A stretch of DNA of 64,000 nucleotides from Candidatus Limivicinus sp. (GCA_045616265.1 JAZLGK010000211.1:5056-69055); one strand, 5' to 3'. Shown: positions 37,655-46,394, counted from the stretch's first letter. Notes: a model not told the origin generated them from the letters alone. Program-made: numbers and translations.

Positions 37655-39213
37655 TACTTCTTACCTCCCAGTTTTGCAAGTACAACGTTGGCAACCTGGT
37701 AGCCGTTGGTGATAACGCTGGAGTAGCCGTGTGCGCGGTAGCCGGCGCTTCCGATGAAGTCGAGACCGGGGATAAATCTTTCCGCCTCCTGATTCATCGT
37801 GCGGGTGACGGCGCCGTCGATGGCGGTGCAGGCGTAGCCGTAGATATTGCCGCGGAAGGCCTCGGTGTAGCGCGTGAAGGTCGCGGGAGTTGCGATGGCG
37901 ATCTCCTCAATATGGTCGCGGATGCGGGCACCGGTGATCTCCTCAAATGTATCGATCATGCAGTTGGCAAATCTCTCGTTCTCGGGCAGGTATTCGTACT
38001 TGGTGAGAGAGGACTTGTTCATGGCGTCGGGGCTGTACATACTGGTGAGGTTGATCTGGCAGCGACCTTCGCCGGAGAAGCCGGGGATAGCCACATCGGG
38101 ACAGGTGGCGGAAACTCTGTGGTGGGAGACCCAGTTGTTGGTGGTGTTGTAAATACGCTCGGTGTCCATATTCTCGCCGACAAAGTATTCATAGCTCTCG
38201 ATACCCATCTCCTGAGGTGCTGCGTCCAGTCCGAGATAGACCACAAAGGGAGAGGCGAGCTGTTTTCTCGCGCCCGCAAGCTTATAAGCCTTTTCGGGAA
38301 CCTGAGAGCGATCCATCATATCCACCATGGCTTTGGTGGGGTTGCCGTTGGAGATGACGAAATCCGCTTTGATAACGGAACCGTCCTCGGTCTTTACGCC
38401 GACACAGCGGCCGTCTTCGAGAATGTACTCCGCGACCTTCACGTTGGTCTCGACCTGTCCGCCGAAGCCGCGGAAGGCTTTTTCCAGCTCGTTTGCGATC
38501 TCATGGGAGGTCTTGGTGGGAATATGAGCGCCGTCGCGCAGGTAAAGGTAGATCATCTGCGCCCAGACGGTGAAGCTCGCCTCGCTCAGGTGGCGGCTGA
38601 TGTAGCCGTAGTAGGCGTTGAGGACTTCCTGCGTCTTGGGACCGAATTTGAAGGATCTGTTGACCTCGTCGGTCTCGTAGGCGGCAGTGCGCATGAAGGA
38701 GGAATACTTCGTCGCCATGACTTTCGGCTCGGGACCCTTTGCGCCGCAGGAGCCGATATACTCGAGAGCGTCATTGATCTCCTTGAAAAGTCTGAAATAA
38801 TTGCGGACCTTTTTGCCGTTGCCCGGTTCAAGCTCTTCAATGGCCTGAATGCAGTTTTCAATACCGAAGGGCATGGTGAAGTCAATCTTCTGATCGGTGA
38901 GGATGACGCGGTAAGCATCGGGAACTTTGACCCAATCCATTTTGATCCCCAGATCGTCAAACATGGCTCTGCAGGCGCCGTAGCCGGTACCGTCCAGTCC
39001 GTCGCCGAATTCGCAGGCCTCGTGAAGGCTGACTTCAAATTCGTAGCGGCCTCTGACAAAGCTGGTGGCATAGCCGCCGGTGAGGTTGTGCTTTTCGAGC
39101 AGAAGAACCTTTTTTCCCGCCTTGGCAAGCTTTGCGGCGGCAGTGAGACCGCCCATGCCGGAGCCTACAACGATCACGTCATAGGCGGGGAGAAATCTTT
39201 TTTCTGTGGACAT
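37654..39213 (-). CDS. CrtI/phytoene-desaturase-family FAD-dependent oxidoreductase
   Basis: Contains the dinucleotide fold DVIVVGSGMGGLTAAAKLAKAGKKVLLLEKHNLTGG; about 519 aa. ATG 39213 has GGAGGA upstream. The stop overlaps the downstream start (TAATG). Confidence 0.7.
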   Translation of the reverse strand: MSTEKRFLPAYDVIVVGSGMGGLTAAAKLAKAGKKVLLLEKHNLTGGYATSFVRGRYEFEVSLHEACEFGDGLDGTGYGACRAMFDDLGIKMDWVKVPDAYRVILTDQKIDFTMPFGIENCIQAIEELEPGNGKKVRNYFRLFKEINDALEYIGSCGAKGPEPKVMATKYSSFMRTAAYETDEVNRSFKFGPKTQEVLNAYYGYISRHLSEASFTVWAQMIYLYLRDGAHIPTKTSHEIANELEKAFRGFGGQVETNVKVAEYILEDGRCVGVKTEDGSVIKADFVISNGNPTKAMVDMMDRSQVPEKAYKLAGARKQLASPFVVYLGLDAAPQEMGIESYEYFVGENMDTERIYNTTNNWVSHHRVSATCPDVAIPGFSGEGRCQINLTSMYSPDAMNKSSLTKYEYLPENERFANCMIDTFEEITGARIRDHIEEIAIATPATFTRYTEAFRGNIYGYACTAIDGAVTRTMNQEAERFIPGLDFIGSAGYRAHGYSSVITNGYQVANVVLAKLGGKK

Positions 39214-39259
39214 TGTTTTCCTCCGTATTCTTTTTTTAGACAAAAAATTAACAATTTAT

Positions 39260-39287
39260 ATTATACCCTATTCGCCGGAATAGTCAA
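39260..39287 (-). promoter_or_regulatory. Promoter of the oxidoreductase operon with an embedded palindrome
   Basis: Minus strand reads TTGACT, 16-nt spacer, TATAAT. The spacer contains CTATTC-CGGC-GAATAG. Confidence 0.5.
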
Positions 39288-39362
39288 GGGAAATACTTTC
39301 CGGGCTATAGCATAACATACGGACGCTCCCGGGCTTCCCCTTTGGGGAAGCCTCCGGGAAAA

Positions 39363-40277
39363 TCACTCTTTCGCCAGCTCTGCCGCGGTGAGGGCGGCGA
39401 CCCTGGCATTGTTGAGAACGAGCTTTATGTTGCTTTCCAGACTGTCGCCGCCGGTGAGCTCCACGACCTTTGCCAGCAGGAAGGGAGTTGTGTCCTTGCC
39501 GTGAACGCCCTGTTCTGCGCACTGTCTGAGCGCTTCCTCTATCGCCGCGTCAATGATTCTCTTGTCCATGGAGTATTCCTCGGGTATGGGATTTGTGACA
39601 AGCATACCGCCGCGATACTCAAGCTCTCTCTGAGCTTTGAACATTGCCGCCAGCTCTGTGGGGCTGTCCACGCGGTAGTCCACGCCGAAGCCGCTTTTAC
39701 GGGTGTAGAATGCGGGCAGCTCGTCCGTACCGTAGCCGATGACAGGTACGCCGTGTGTTTCAAGATATTCAAGGGTTAACCCGAGATCAAGGATGGATTT
39801 TGCCCCGGCGCAGACGACCATAACGGGAGTCTGTGCGAGCTCTTCGAGGTCTGCGGAGATGTCCATGGTGGTCTCCGCGCCGCGGTGAACGCCGCCGATA
39901 CCGCCGGTGGCGAAAATTTTGATTCCCGCCATGTGGGCGATGATCATGGTGGTGGTGACGGTCGTTGCACCGTCCGCCCCTCTTGCGCAGAGAGCGGGCA
40001 GGTCGCGGCGGCTGGCTTTGGTCACGCCGCGTCCGGTTTTGCCGAGGTATTCTATTTCTTCATGGCTGAGACCGGCCTTAAGTCTGCCGCCGATGACGGC
40101 GATCGTTGCGGGAACGGCGCCGTTGTCGCGGACAGCCTGTTCTACCAAAAGCGCCGTCTCCACATTCTTGGGATAAGGCATACCGTGGGAAATGATGGTG
40201 CTTTCCAGCGCCACAACGGGTTTCCCGGCATCAAGCGCTTCTTTTACTTCGGGGGAAATATCAAGATATTTGTTCAT
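39363..40277 (-). CDS. psuG: Pseudouridine-5'-phosphate glycosidase
   Basis: GKPVVALESTIISHGMPYP and the overall 304-aa sequence are typical of PsuG/YeiN. Confidence 0.85.
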   Translation of the reverse strand: MNKYLDISPEVKEALDAGKPVVALESTIISHGMPYPKNVETALLVEQAVRDNGAVPATIAVIGGRLKAGLSHEEIEYLGKTGRGVTKASRRDLPALCARGADGATTVTTTMIIAHMAGIKIFATGGIGGVHRGAETTMDISADLEELAQTPVMVVCAGAKSILDLGLTLEYLETHGVPVIGYGTDELPAFYTRKSGFGVDYRVDSPTELAAMFKAQRELEYRGGMLVTNPIPEEYSMDKRIIDAAIEEALRQCAEQGVHGKDTTPFLLAKVVELTGGDSLESNIKLVLNNARVAALTAAELAKE

Positions 40278-40294
40278 GTTTCACTCCTGAAAAA

Positions 40295-41731
40295 TTATTT
40301 TTTCCATGTAGACGGTGCAAAAAGTACGAGCAGGGGGAAGATTTCGAGTCTGCCTAAGAGCATGGCAAAGGTCATGGTGATCTTGGAAAGGTCGGAGAAG
40401 ATCGAATAGTTTCCGGCGGGGCCGACCAGTCCCATACCGGGGCCCATGTTGGAAAGGCAGGAGAGAATGGCGGTGAAATTGGTGGCGATGTCGTGCCCGT
40501 CAAAGGAAACAATAAAAGTGAACAGCAGCAGAAGTCCGAAATACAAAAGAGAAAAGCTCAGTGTTGCGGACAGAACATCTCTGTCAACGCTTTTGCCGTC
40601 GATCTGCACGCGGTAGACACTGCGGGGACGGGTGATGTGCCGGACATCCACGGCGGCGCTTTTTATAAGCATCATGACGCGCGAAACCTTCATACCGCCG
40701 CCGGTACTGCCCGCGCTTGCGCCGCAGAACATGATCATTACCAGTATCCATTTGCAGTATTCCGGCCACTGCGTAAAGTCCGTCGTACCGAAGCCCGTGG
40801 AGCTCATCAGCGTATTGACGTTGAAAAATGCGTATCGAAGTCCCTGCAGGATCCCGCCATAGGTGTTGGCGATACCGACTGTAATAGCGGCCGTCGCAAC
40901 GGCAATGATCAGCAGATACCAGTGCAGCTCCTCACTTTTCAGCGCATCCTTTATACGGCCTATGAGGATCAGATAATACAGGTTGAAATTAATGCCGAAC
41001 AGCATCATGAACACGGCAATGACCGTATCGATATACGCGCTGTTCCAGTAGCCGATGCTGGAAGCCTTTGTTGAGAAGCCGCCTGTACCGGCGGTCGCCA
41101 TGGCGTGAAGTACGGCGTCATAGAGACTCATCCCGCCGAAGAGCAGGAAGATCACCTCGATGAAGGTCATGACGATGTAAATAACGTAGAGTATCTTCGC
41201 CGTCTCACGCACCCTCGGCACCAGCTTGCCGACGGTCGGTCCCGGAACCTCGGCGCGCATGATGTGCATGGAGTGGTTGCCGCTCATCGGCATGACCGCC
41301 ATGATGAACACCAACACGCCCATACCGCCGATCCAGTGGGTGAAAAGCCGCCAGAACATACAGCCGCGGGAGAGGGTCTCCACATTGGGCATGATAGATG
41401 CGCCGGTGGTGGTGAGACCGGAGGCGGTCTCAAAAACGGCGTCCACATAGTGCGGGATATCGCCGCTGAGAACGAAGGGAAGAGCGCCGAAAAGGGACAG
41501 GAGGATCCAGCCCATAGCCACGATCACAAAGCCCTCTTTGGCGTAGATAACTTCATTTTCCGGCTTGAATCTTGTGAAAATAAAGCCGATAAGAGCGGAG
41601 ATCACGATCGTAACGGTGAAATGCCGGATACCTTCGCCGTATATAAGTCCGACGATCATGGGAATAACAAGCAGACCGCAGAGACAGAACATGATCATTC
41701 CCAGGACGCGGAATATCATTTTCCGGTTCAT
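40295..41731 (-). CDS. trkH: TrkH/KtrB-family potassium uptake membrane subunit
   Basis: About 10-12 TM helices with repeated selectivity-filter-like TTTG/TGGF/STGFGT/MGPG segments. The gene overlaps trkA by 4 nt. Confidence 0.85.
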   Translation of the reverse strand: MNRKMIFRVLGMIMFCLCGLLVIPMIVGLIYGEGIRHFTVTIVISALIGFIFTRFKPENEVIYAKEGFVIVAMGWILLSLFGALPFVLSGDIPHYVDAVFETASGLTTTGASIMPNVETLSRGCMFWRLFTHWIGGMGVLVFIMAVMPMSGNHSMHIMRAEVPGPTVGKLVPRVRETAKILYVIYIVMTFIEVIFLLFGGMSLYDAVLHAMATAGTGGFSTKASSIGYWNSAYIDTVIAVFMMLFGINFNLYYLILIGRIKDALKSEELHWYLLIIAVATAAITVGIANTYGGILQGLRYAFFNVNTLMSSTGFGTTDFTQWPEYCKWILVMIMFCGASAGSTGGGMKVSRVMMLIKSAAVDVRHITRPRSVYRVQIDGKSVDRDVLSATLSFSLLYFGLLLLFTFIVSFDGHDIATNFTAILSCLSNMGPGMGLVGPAGNYSIFSDLSKITMTFAMLLGRLEIFPLLVLFAPSTWKK

Positions 41732-43092
41732 TTATCCACCTCTATCATATCGTCAAGCTGTTTGAGCATACCCGCCTTGGAAACAACGACCGCATGGTCT
41801 CCCGGCTGAAGCATGGATTCGCCGTCCGGAATAAGGGTTTTGTTTCCTCGCACCAGCGCACTCAGCAGGACATTTTCCTTGAGCTTCATGGTTTTGAGCG
41901 GAATACCGATGCACTTTGCGTCCTCACCGACGATGAATTCAAGCGCCTCGGCCTTACCGTCCGCGAGACGGTAGAGCGTCTCCATGCTGCTGCCGACGGA
42001 ATTGTCCATGGCGCGGACATAACGGGCGAGCTGCTGGGCAACCAGCGCCTTGGGCGTAACCACGCTGTCCAGTCCCGAGGCGGTCATGATGTTGCTGTAG
42101 TATTCGCGGTTGGCTTTCACAACGACCTTGCCGACACCGCAGGTCTTTACGTACATAGAGGTAATGATATTGTCGCCGTCATCACCGGTGAGGGCGACAA
42201 AAGCGTCGTATCTCTTTATGCCTTCTTCCAGCAGTACATCGCTGCTGGTGGCATCGGCGCAGATGATCCTGGCGTCGGGTATGAGATCGCACAGCTCGTC
42301 ACAGCGGGCTCTGTCCACCTCCATGATCGTCACGGCGATGCTGCTGTCGATCAAAAGCTTTGCAAGGTGTGCCGCTATTCTGCCGCCGCCCATGATCAGG
42401 ACGCTTCTGACCGGTTTTTTATACAGCCCGAGAGCGGCAAAAAAACGGCGGAGTTCTCTGGAAGCGCCGGTAACATTGAGTCTGTCTCCTGCTTTCAGGG
42501 TAAAAAACCCGTTGGGGATAATGACCTCGCCGTCACGCTCTACAACACTTACAAGCACAGTCGCACCGAAAAGGGAACCCAGATCCTTGAGCATTACGCC
42601 GTCGAGCTTGCTGCCGGCCTCGACCCGGTGCTCCATGATCTCAACACTGCCCTTGGAGAAGGAGTCCACGCGCACGGCCCCGGGGAAGCGGAGAATACGG
42701 GAAATCTCCTTGGCGCACTCATACTCCGGGTTGACGATCACGGATAATCCGAGAGTTTCCCGCAGAAATTCCGTCTGCGAGAGGTATTCGGAATCTCTTA
42801 TACGGGCAATGACATGCTTTGTACCGAGTTTTCTGGACGCGATGCCGCATACCATGTTCGCCTCATCGCTTCTGGCGGCCGCCAGAAGGAGGTCGGCTTC
42901 CTCCGCCCCGGCTTCGATGAGCGTTCCGGGATTTGTGATGCTTCCCTCCACACAGATCACATCGAGCGCGTTTGAAATGCTGTAAATAACGGAACTGTCT
43001 TTATCGATGACAGTTACGTCATGTCCCTCCGCCGCAAGCGTCTGGGCAACGGAATATCCGCTCTTTCCGGCTCCCGCAATGATTACTTTCAT
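41728..43092 (-). CDS. trkA: TrkA potassium uptake regulatory subunit (tandem RCK/NAD-binding)
   Basis: Contains MKVIIAGAGKSGYSVA and a second Rossmann fold VLIMGGGRIAAHLA; ATG at 43092. Confidence 0.85.
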   Translation of the reverse strand: MKVIIAGAGKSGYSVAQTLAAEGHDVTVIDKDSSVIYSISNALDVICVEGSITNPGTLIEAGAEEADLLLAAARSDEANMVCGIASRKLGTKHVIARIRDSEYLSQTEFLRETLGLSVIVNPEYECAKEISRILRFPGAVRVDSFSKGSVEIMEHRVEAGSKLDGVMLKDLGSLFGATVLVSVVERDGEVIIPNGFFTLKAGDRLNVTGASRELRRFFAALGLYKKPVRSVLIMGGGRIAAHLAKLLIDSSIAVTIMEVDRARCDELCDLIPDARIICADATSSDVLLEEGIKRYDAFVALTGDDGDNIITSMYVKTCGVGKVVVKANREYYSNIMTASGLDSVVTPKALVAQQLARYVRAMDNSVGSSMETLYRLADGKAEALEFIVGEDAKCIGIPLKTMKLKENVLLSALVRGNKTLIPDGESMLQPGDHAVVVSKAGMLKQLDDMIEVDK

Positions 43093-43235
43093 AGCTTCAC
43101 TCCCTTTATAAAGGTCACAACTATCCATTTTCTCTATCTTTTAATAATACCACAAATGGTTTTATTTGTACAGCTTGAAACTGCCCCCTTTGATGTGGTA
43201 GAATAAACAAAAAACACAGAAAGAGTATTTCTGCC

Positions 43236-43892
43236 ATGTTTAACGGATTTTCAAAAGCCACATCGGATTTTTTCTGGGAGCTGAATTTCAACAATGAGCG
43301 CCCCTGGTTTTCAGAACACAAGGAAGAATTTGAGCGGGTATTGAATACGCCCTTCAAAGCGTTGGCCGCTGAGACAAATGAGCTGATGGGGCAGCGTTTT
43401 CCCGATATGACCTGCAAGCTCCATGTGGCGAGAATTTACCGCGACGCCCGCCGTCTTTTCGGCAGAGGTCCCTATAAGGATCATCTGTGGTTTTCCATCA
43501 AGGACGATGACGGTCTGCTGGAAGGGCCGATGTTCTGGTTTGAGATCGGCGCGGCGGAGTTCTCCTACGGCATGGGCTTTTACAGCGCTACTGCCGCGCA
43601 GATGCAGAGCTTTCGGAACATTGTGGACGCCAACCCCGCCGCCTTTGAAAGACTCATTGAGAAAACCGAGAAATGCCCCGAATTTGTTCTCACCGGCGAA
43701 TTCTACAGCCGGCCGAAGGGAACGCATAACGGGAAGATCGACAACTGGTATAACCGCAGACGCTTAGGGCTGGAACACTGCGAGGATTTCGGCGGAGACC
43801 TCTTTTCTCCGGAGCTTCCGAAAATCTTAGTCGATGAATTTGAAAAGCTTATGCCTATGTACAGATTTTTCCTGAAATTCTATACTGAGTGA
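43236..43892 (+). CDS. DUF2461 (TIGR02453) family protein
   Basis: FSKATSDFFWELNFNNERPWFSEHKEEFE and the 218-aa length are typical of the family. Confidence 0.7.
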   Translation: MFNGFSKATSDFFWELNFNNERPWFSEHKEEFERVLNTPFKALAAETNELMGQRFPDMTCKLHVARIYRDARRLFGRGPYKDHLWFSIKDDDGLLEGPMFWFEIGAAEFSYGMGFYSATAAQMQSFRNIVDANPAAFERLIEKTEKCPEFVLTGEFYSRPKGTHNGKIDNWYNRRRLGLEHCEDFGGDLFSPELPKILVDEFEKLMPMYRFFLKFYTE

Positions 43893-43902
43893 GAAGAATG
43901 CT

Positions 43903-44928
43903 ATGATTTCAGTTATCATGCCGGCCTATAACGCCGCGAAGTTTATAGAAAAATCCGCCCGGAGCGTACTTGAACAGACAGTTTCCGATCTGGAGCTTAT
44001 CATCGTCAACGACGGTTCAAAGGATGATACCGCCGCTGTGGCAGCCGCCATTTCCGACAGAGACGGCCGCGTTCGGGTGCTGAACATTGAGAATTCCGGT
44101 CCCGCCATGGCAAGGAACTACGGCCTTGCGCATATTTCGGACAAAGCGGAATACGTTACGTTTATCGACTCCGACGACCTGATGCAGAAGGATGCACTGG
44201 AGTACGCCATGACCGCCGCAGAAAAGGGCGCGGAGTTTGTGATGCTGGGCTTTACGATCAAAAATCCCGACGCGACGGAGAGAGATTACTTTGAGCCGGA
44301 GCAGATGCTCGACAGCTCGAATTTAGGCGATGCTCTGCCGCACCTCTACATGGCGAATATGCTCAATCAGGTCTGGGCAAAGCTGTACAGCGCAAAGCTT
44401 ATCCGGGAAAACAAGCTCCGTTTCCCCGACTACCGCTGGGGCGAGGACAGATTATTCAACTTCGATGTGCTGGAAAAAGCGAAGCTCTGCGCGGTACTGC
44501 CCGAGTGCAAGTATGATTATATCATGCAGCCCGGGGAAAGTCTCATAACGAAATACTATGATAAAAAGCCGCAGGTCTGCTGTGAGGCGGATGAGCGTAT
44601 GAGCGCTCTTTGCCGTAAAATCGGCACAAAAGACGATTCCGGCTGCCGCTATATGTTCGTCAAGAGTATTTTTTCCTGCATGACCAATCTCTACACACCG
44701 AGCTGTACTCTTTCCTACGCCCAAAAGCGGGAGTATGTGCGCAATATCCTTGAAAATGAGCAGGTAAAAAGCCGCAGTCACGGCGTTTTCGGCGGGACGG
44801 TGGAAAAGCTGATGTGTGCTGTGCTGCGAAGCGGGATCGTATGGCTCAATATGCTGATGTTCCGCATTGTCTACGCCGCCGGCCGCCTCGCCCCGCAGCT
44901 CTTTTTGAAGCTCAAGCATAAAAAATAA
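43903..44928 (+). CDS. Family 2 glycosyltransferase
   Basis: The N-terminal ISVIMPAYNAAKFIEKSARSVLEQT...IIVNDGSKDDT and DSDD motif match GT2. Confidence 0.8.
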   Translation: MISVIMPAYNAAKFIEKSARSVLEQTVSDLELIIVNDGSKDDTAAVAAAISDRDGRVRVLNIENSGPAMARNYGLAHISDKAEYVTFIDSDDLMQKDALEYAMTAAEKGAEFVMLGFTIKNPDATERDYFEPEQMLDSSNLGDALPHLYMANMLNQVWAKLYSAKLIRENKLRFPDYRWGEDRLFNFDVLEKAKLCAVLPECKYDYIMQPGESLITKYYDKKPQVCCEADERMSALCRKIGTKDDSGCRYMFVKSIFSCMTNLYTPSCTLSYAQKREYVRNILENEQVKSRSHGVFGGTVEKLMCAVLRSGIVWLNMLMFRIVYAAGRLAPQLFLKLKHKK

Positions 44929-44954
44929 CCGGGAATACCTCCCGGTTTCAGACT

Positions 44955-45118
44955 GTAGACAAACCCCAAAGTCTGTCATTCCGAACCAGTGACCGATGTC
45001 ACTGGTGTGGGAATCCGTATCTCCAAAACGTTGAAATTACAGCAATGTCAAGGAGAACGGATTGCCACAACCAGTCTGAGGACTGGTTTCGCAATGACAA
45101 GAATGGCACTTTGTCTAC
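44955..45118. mobile_element. MITE-like non-coding element with ~64-bp imperfect terminal inverted repeats
   Basis: 44955-45018 aligns with the reverse complement of 45057-45118 (GTAGACAAA...GTCATT.CGAA.CCAGT...ACTGGT.GTGG.AATCCGT). It is flanked by two copies of the hairpin AACCGGGAAT(A/G)CCTCCCGGTT at 44927-44947 and 45126-45146. Confidence 0.6.
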
Positions 45119-45150
45119 ACCTTGTAACCGGGAATGCCTCCCGGTTTTTA

Positions 45151-45963
45151 TTATTCCTTCTTGCTTTTTGACATGATACGCAGAAGGCGGATAAAGAGGT
45201 TTGCAATGTCCATGTAGATATCCAGCGCACAGTCCACCGCGTTGTCAAGTGTGGGAGTGAACTGCTGGGAGCGGTGGATATCATAGGCTATATAGAGGCT
45301 GAAAAGTCCCGCCGCGATCCAGTCCGTGACTATCTGATCGACACGGAAGAGCAGCAGCACCACTTCGCAGACGATCAGTCCGATCAGACAGCCGAGCAGC
45401 GCTCCGCCGAGGTTTTTGAACAGCTCCGGGAAAGCGATACTCGTGCCCAGCATTCCGACCGAGATCAGCGTGGTGTAGATAAAAGCATCACGCACGACCT
45501 GAGAGTTGATACCGCCGTAAGCCTCCACCAGCGTGGACACCGTAAGGCCGAAGGGTATAACGATCATATTGTAACCCAGAAAGCTGACAAGCGGATTCCG
45601 GGAACGTCCGGCGATGTAGATTCCCGCAAAGCAGCACACAAAATACAATATGAGGAACAGAGCGGGATTCATCAGCCGGTAAACATTGCCGACCGTGGCA
45701 CACAGTACCGCGTTGACGATCAGTCCCCACAGCAGCACGGCGATGATCGCACAGTTATAGCCCCGGCGGGACAGCTGCTCAACACCGCTGTAATCCGCTG
45801 TGAGCCTTGCTTCCCTCGCTGCGGCGCCGATGGCGAAAACAGCCTCGGAGCTTTTCACCAGCGTATCCGCTTTATAATTATTGTTCTGCGGCAGCTTTCT
45901 TCCGCACTCCTCGCAGAATTTGCTGCCGTCATGGGTTTCTCCTCCGCAATACGGACAAATCAT
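45151..45963 (-). CDS. Bax-inhibitor-1/YccA family membrane protein with an N-terminal zinc ribbon
   Basis: Contains the zinc ribbon CPYCGGETHDGSKFCEECG, seven TM helices and the C-terminal DIYMDIANLFIRLLRIM. Confidence 0.75.
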   Translation of the reverse strand: MICPYCGGETHDGSKFCEECGRKLPQNNNYKADTLVKSSEAVFAIGAAAREARLTADYSGVEQLSRRGYNCAIIAVLLWGLIVNAVLCATVGNVYRLMNPALFLILYFVCCFAGIYIAGRSRNPLVSFLGYNMIVIPFGLTVSTLVEAYGGINSQVVRDAFIYTTLISVGMLGTSIAFPELFKNLGGALLGCLIGLIVCEVVLLLFRVDQIVTDWIAAGLFSLYIAYDIHRSQQFTPTLDNAVDCALDIYMDIANLFIRLLRIMSKSKKE

Positions 45964-46075
45964 AAGTTCACCCTCCGTTTTTTTCGATTTGCCCTATTTT
46001 ACTATATCGGAGATAATATTTCAATGGCGGTTTTCCGAGATACTTCAAAGCCCGCCCAAATATAAAAAGCCGCCC

Positions 46076-46104
46076 TTGACAATAAGAGCGGGTAAGAATA
46101 TAAT
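46076..46104 (+). promoter_or_regulatory. Perfect consensus promoter with no ORF behind it (drives the candidate antisense RNA)
   Basis: TTGACA, 17-nt spacer, TATAAT. Confidence 0.6.
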
Positions 46105-46110
46105 ACAAAA

Positions 46111-46203
46111 AAGGGACTGCGACAAGCGGTTGGCCCTTACAGAGATTTAGTTTTGCTTAAAGCACAAAACCGTCACCGTGCCGGGTGGCGGTTTGCTTTT
46201 ATC
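46111..46203 (+). ncRNA. Candidate ~90-nt antisense sRNA (putative type I antitoxin)
   Basis: It starts downstream of the consensus promoter, forms three hairpins and ends in AAACCGTCACC/GGTGGCGGTTT plus GCTTTTAT. It has no start codon and overlaps the 3' end of the minus-strand mini-ORF. Confidence 0.4.
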
Positions 46204-46253
46204 TGAATCGTAATGGTAAAATAACCAATATGAAAAGTCAGCGCCAAAGGCAT
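46173..46253 (-). CDS. 26-aa hydrophobic peptide MPLALTFHIGYFTITIQIKANRHPAR (candidate type I toxin)
   Basis: AAGGAGG lies 7 nt upstream of the ATG, and the SD is sequestered in a GAAA-capped hairpin (46258-46278). Translated by hand; it is below the ORF-track length cutoff. Confidence 0.4.
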   Translation of the reverse strand: MPLALTFHIGYFTITIQIKANRHPAR

Positions 46254-46327
46254 TTCAACACCTCCTTTCGGAGATGTGACCAACCGCCTGCCGTTGTGCA
46301 GTCCCCTGGTACGTATGTACCACACGC

Positions 46328-46356
46328 ATAATACCATATTTTTTTATTATAAACAA
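46328..46356 (-). promoter_or_regulatory. Promoter of the mini-ORF transcript
   Basis: Minus strand reads TTGTTT, 17-nt spacer (ending in the extended -10 TG), TATTAT. Confidence 0.45.
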
Positions 46357-46394
46357 CACTAAAAGCATCTTTTTCAGTTGCTTTTATTTTGCTC

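Noticed and set aside
44989-45171. A 60-aa ORF inside the MITE-like element.
   Set aside because: It has no RBS, it spans the inverted repeats and the terminator hairpin, and its composition is consistent with translation of palindromic repeat DNA.
46111-46310. The inverted repeat closing a ~195-nt region suggested a 6S-RNA-like or other housekeeping structured RNA on the plus strand.
   Set aside because: Beyond the terminal ~20 bp the two halves do not pair into a rod with a central bubble. An intrinsic terminator sits in the middle, and the opposite strand has a strong SD plus a mini-ORF and its own promoter. The convergent two-transcript reading fits better.
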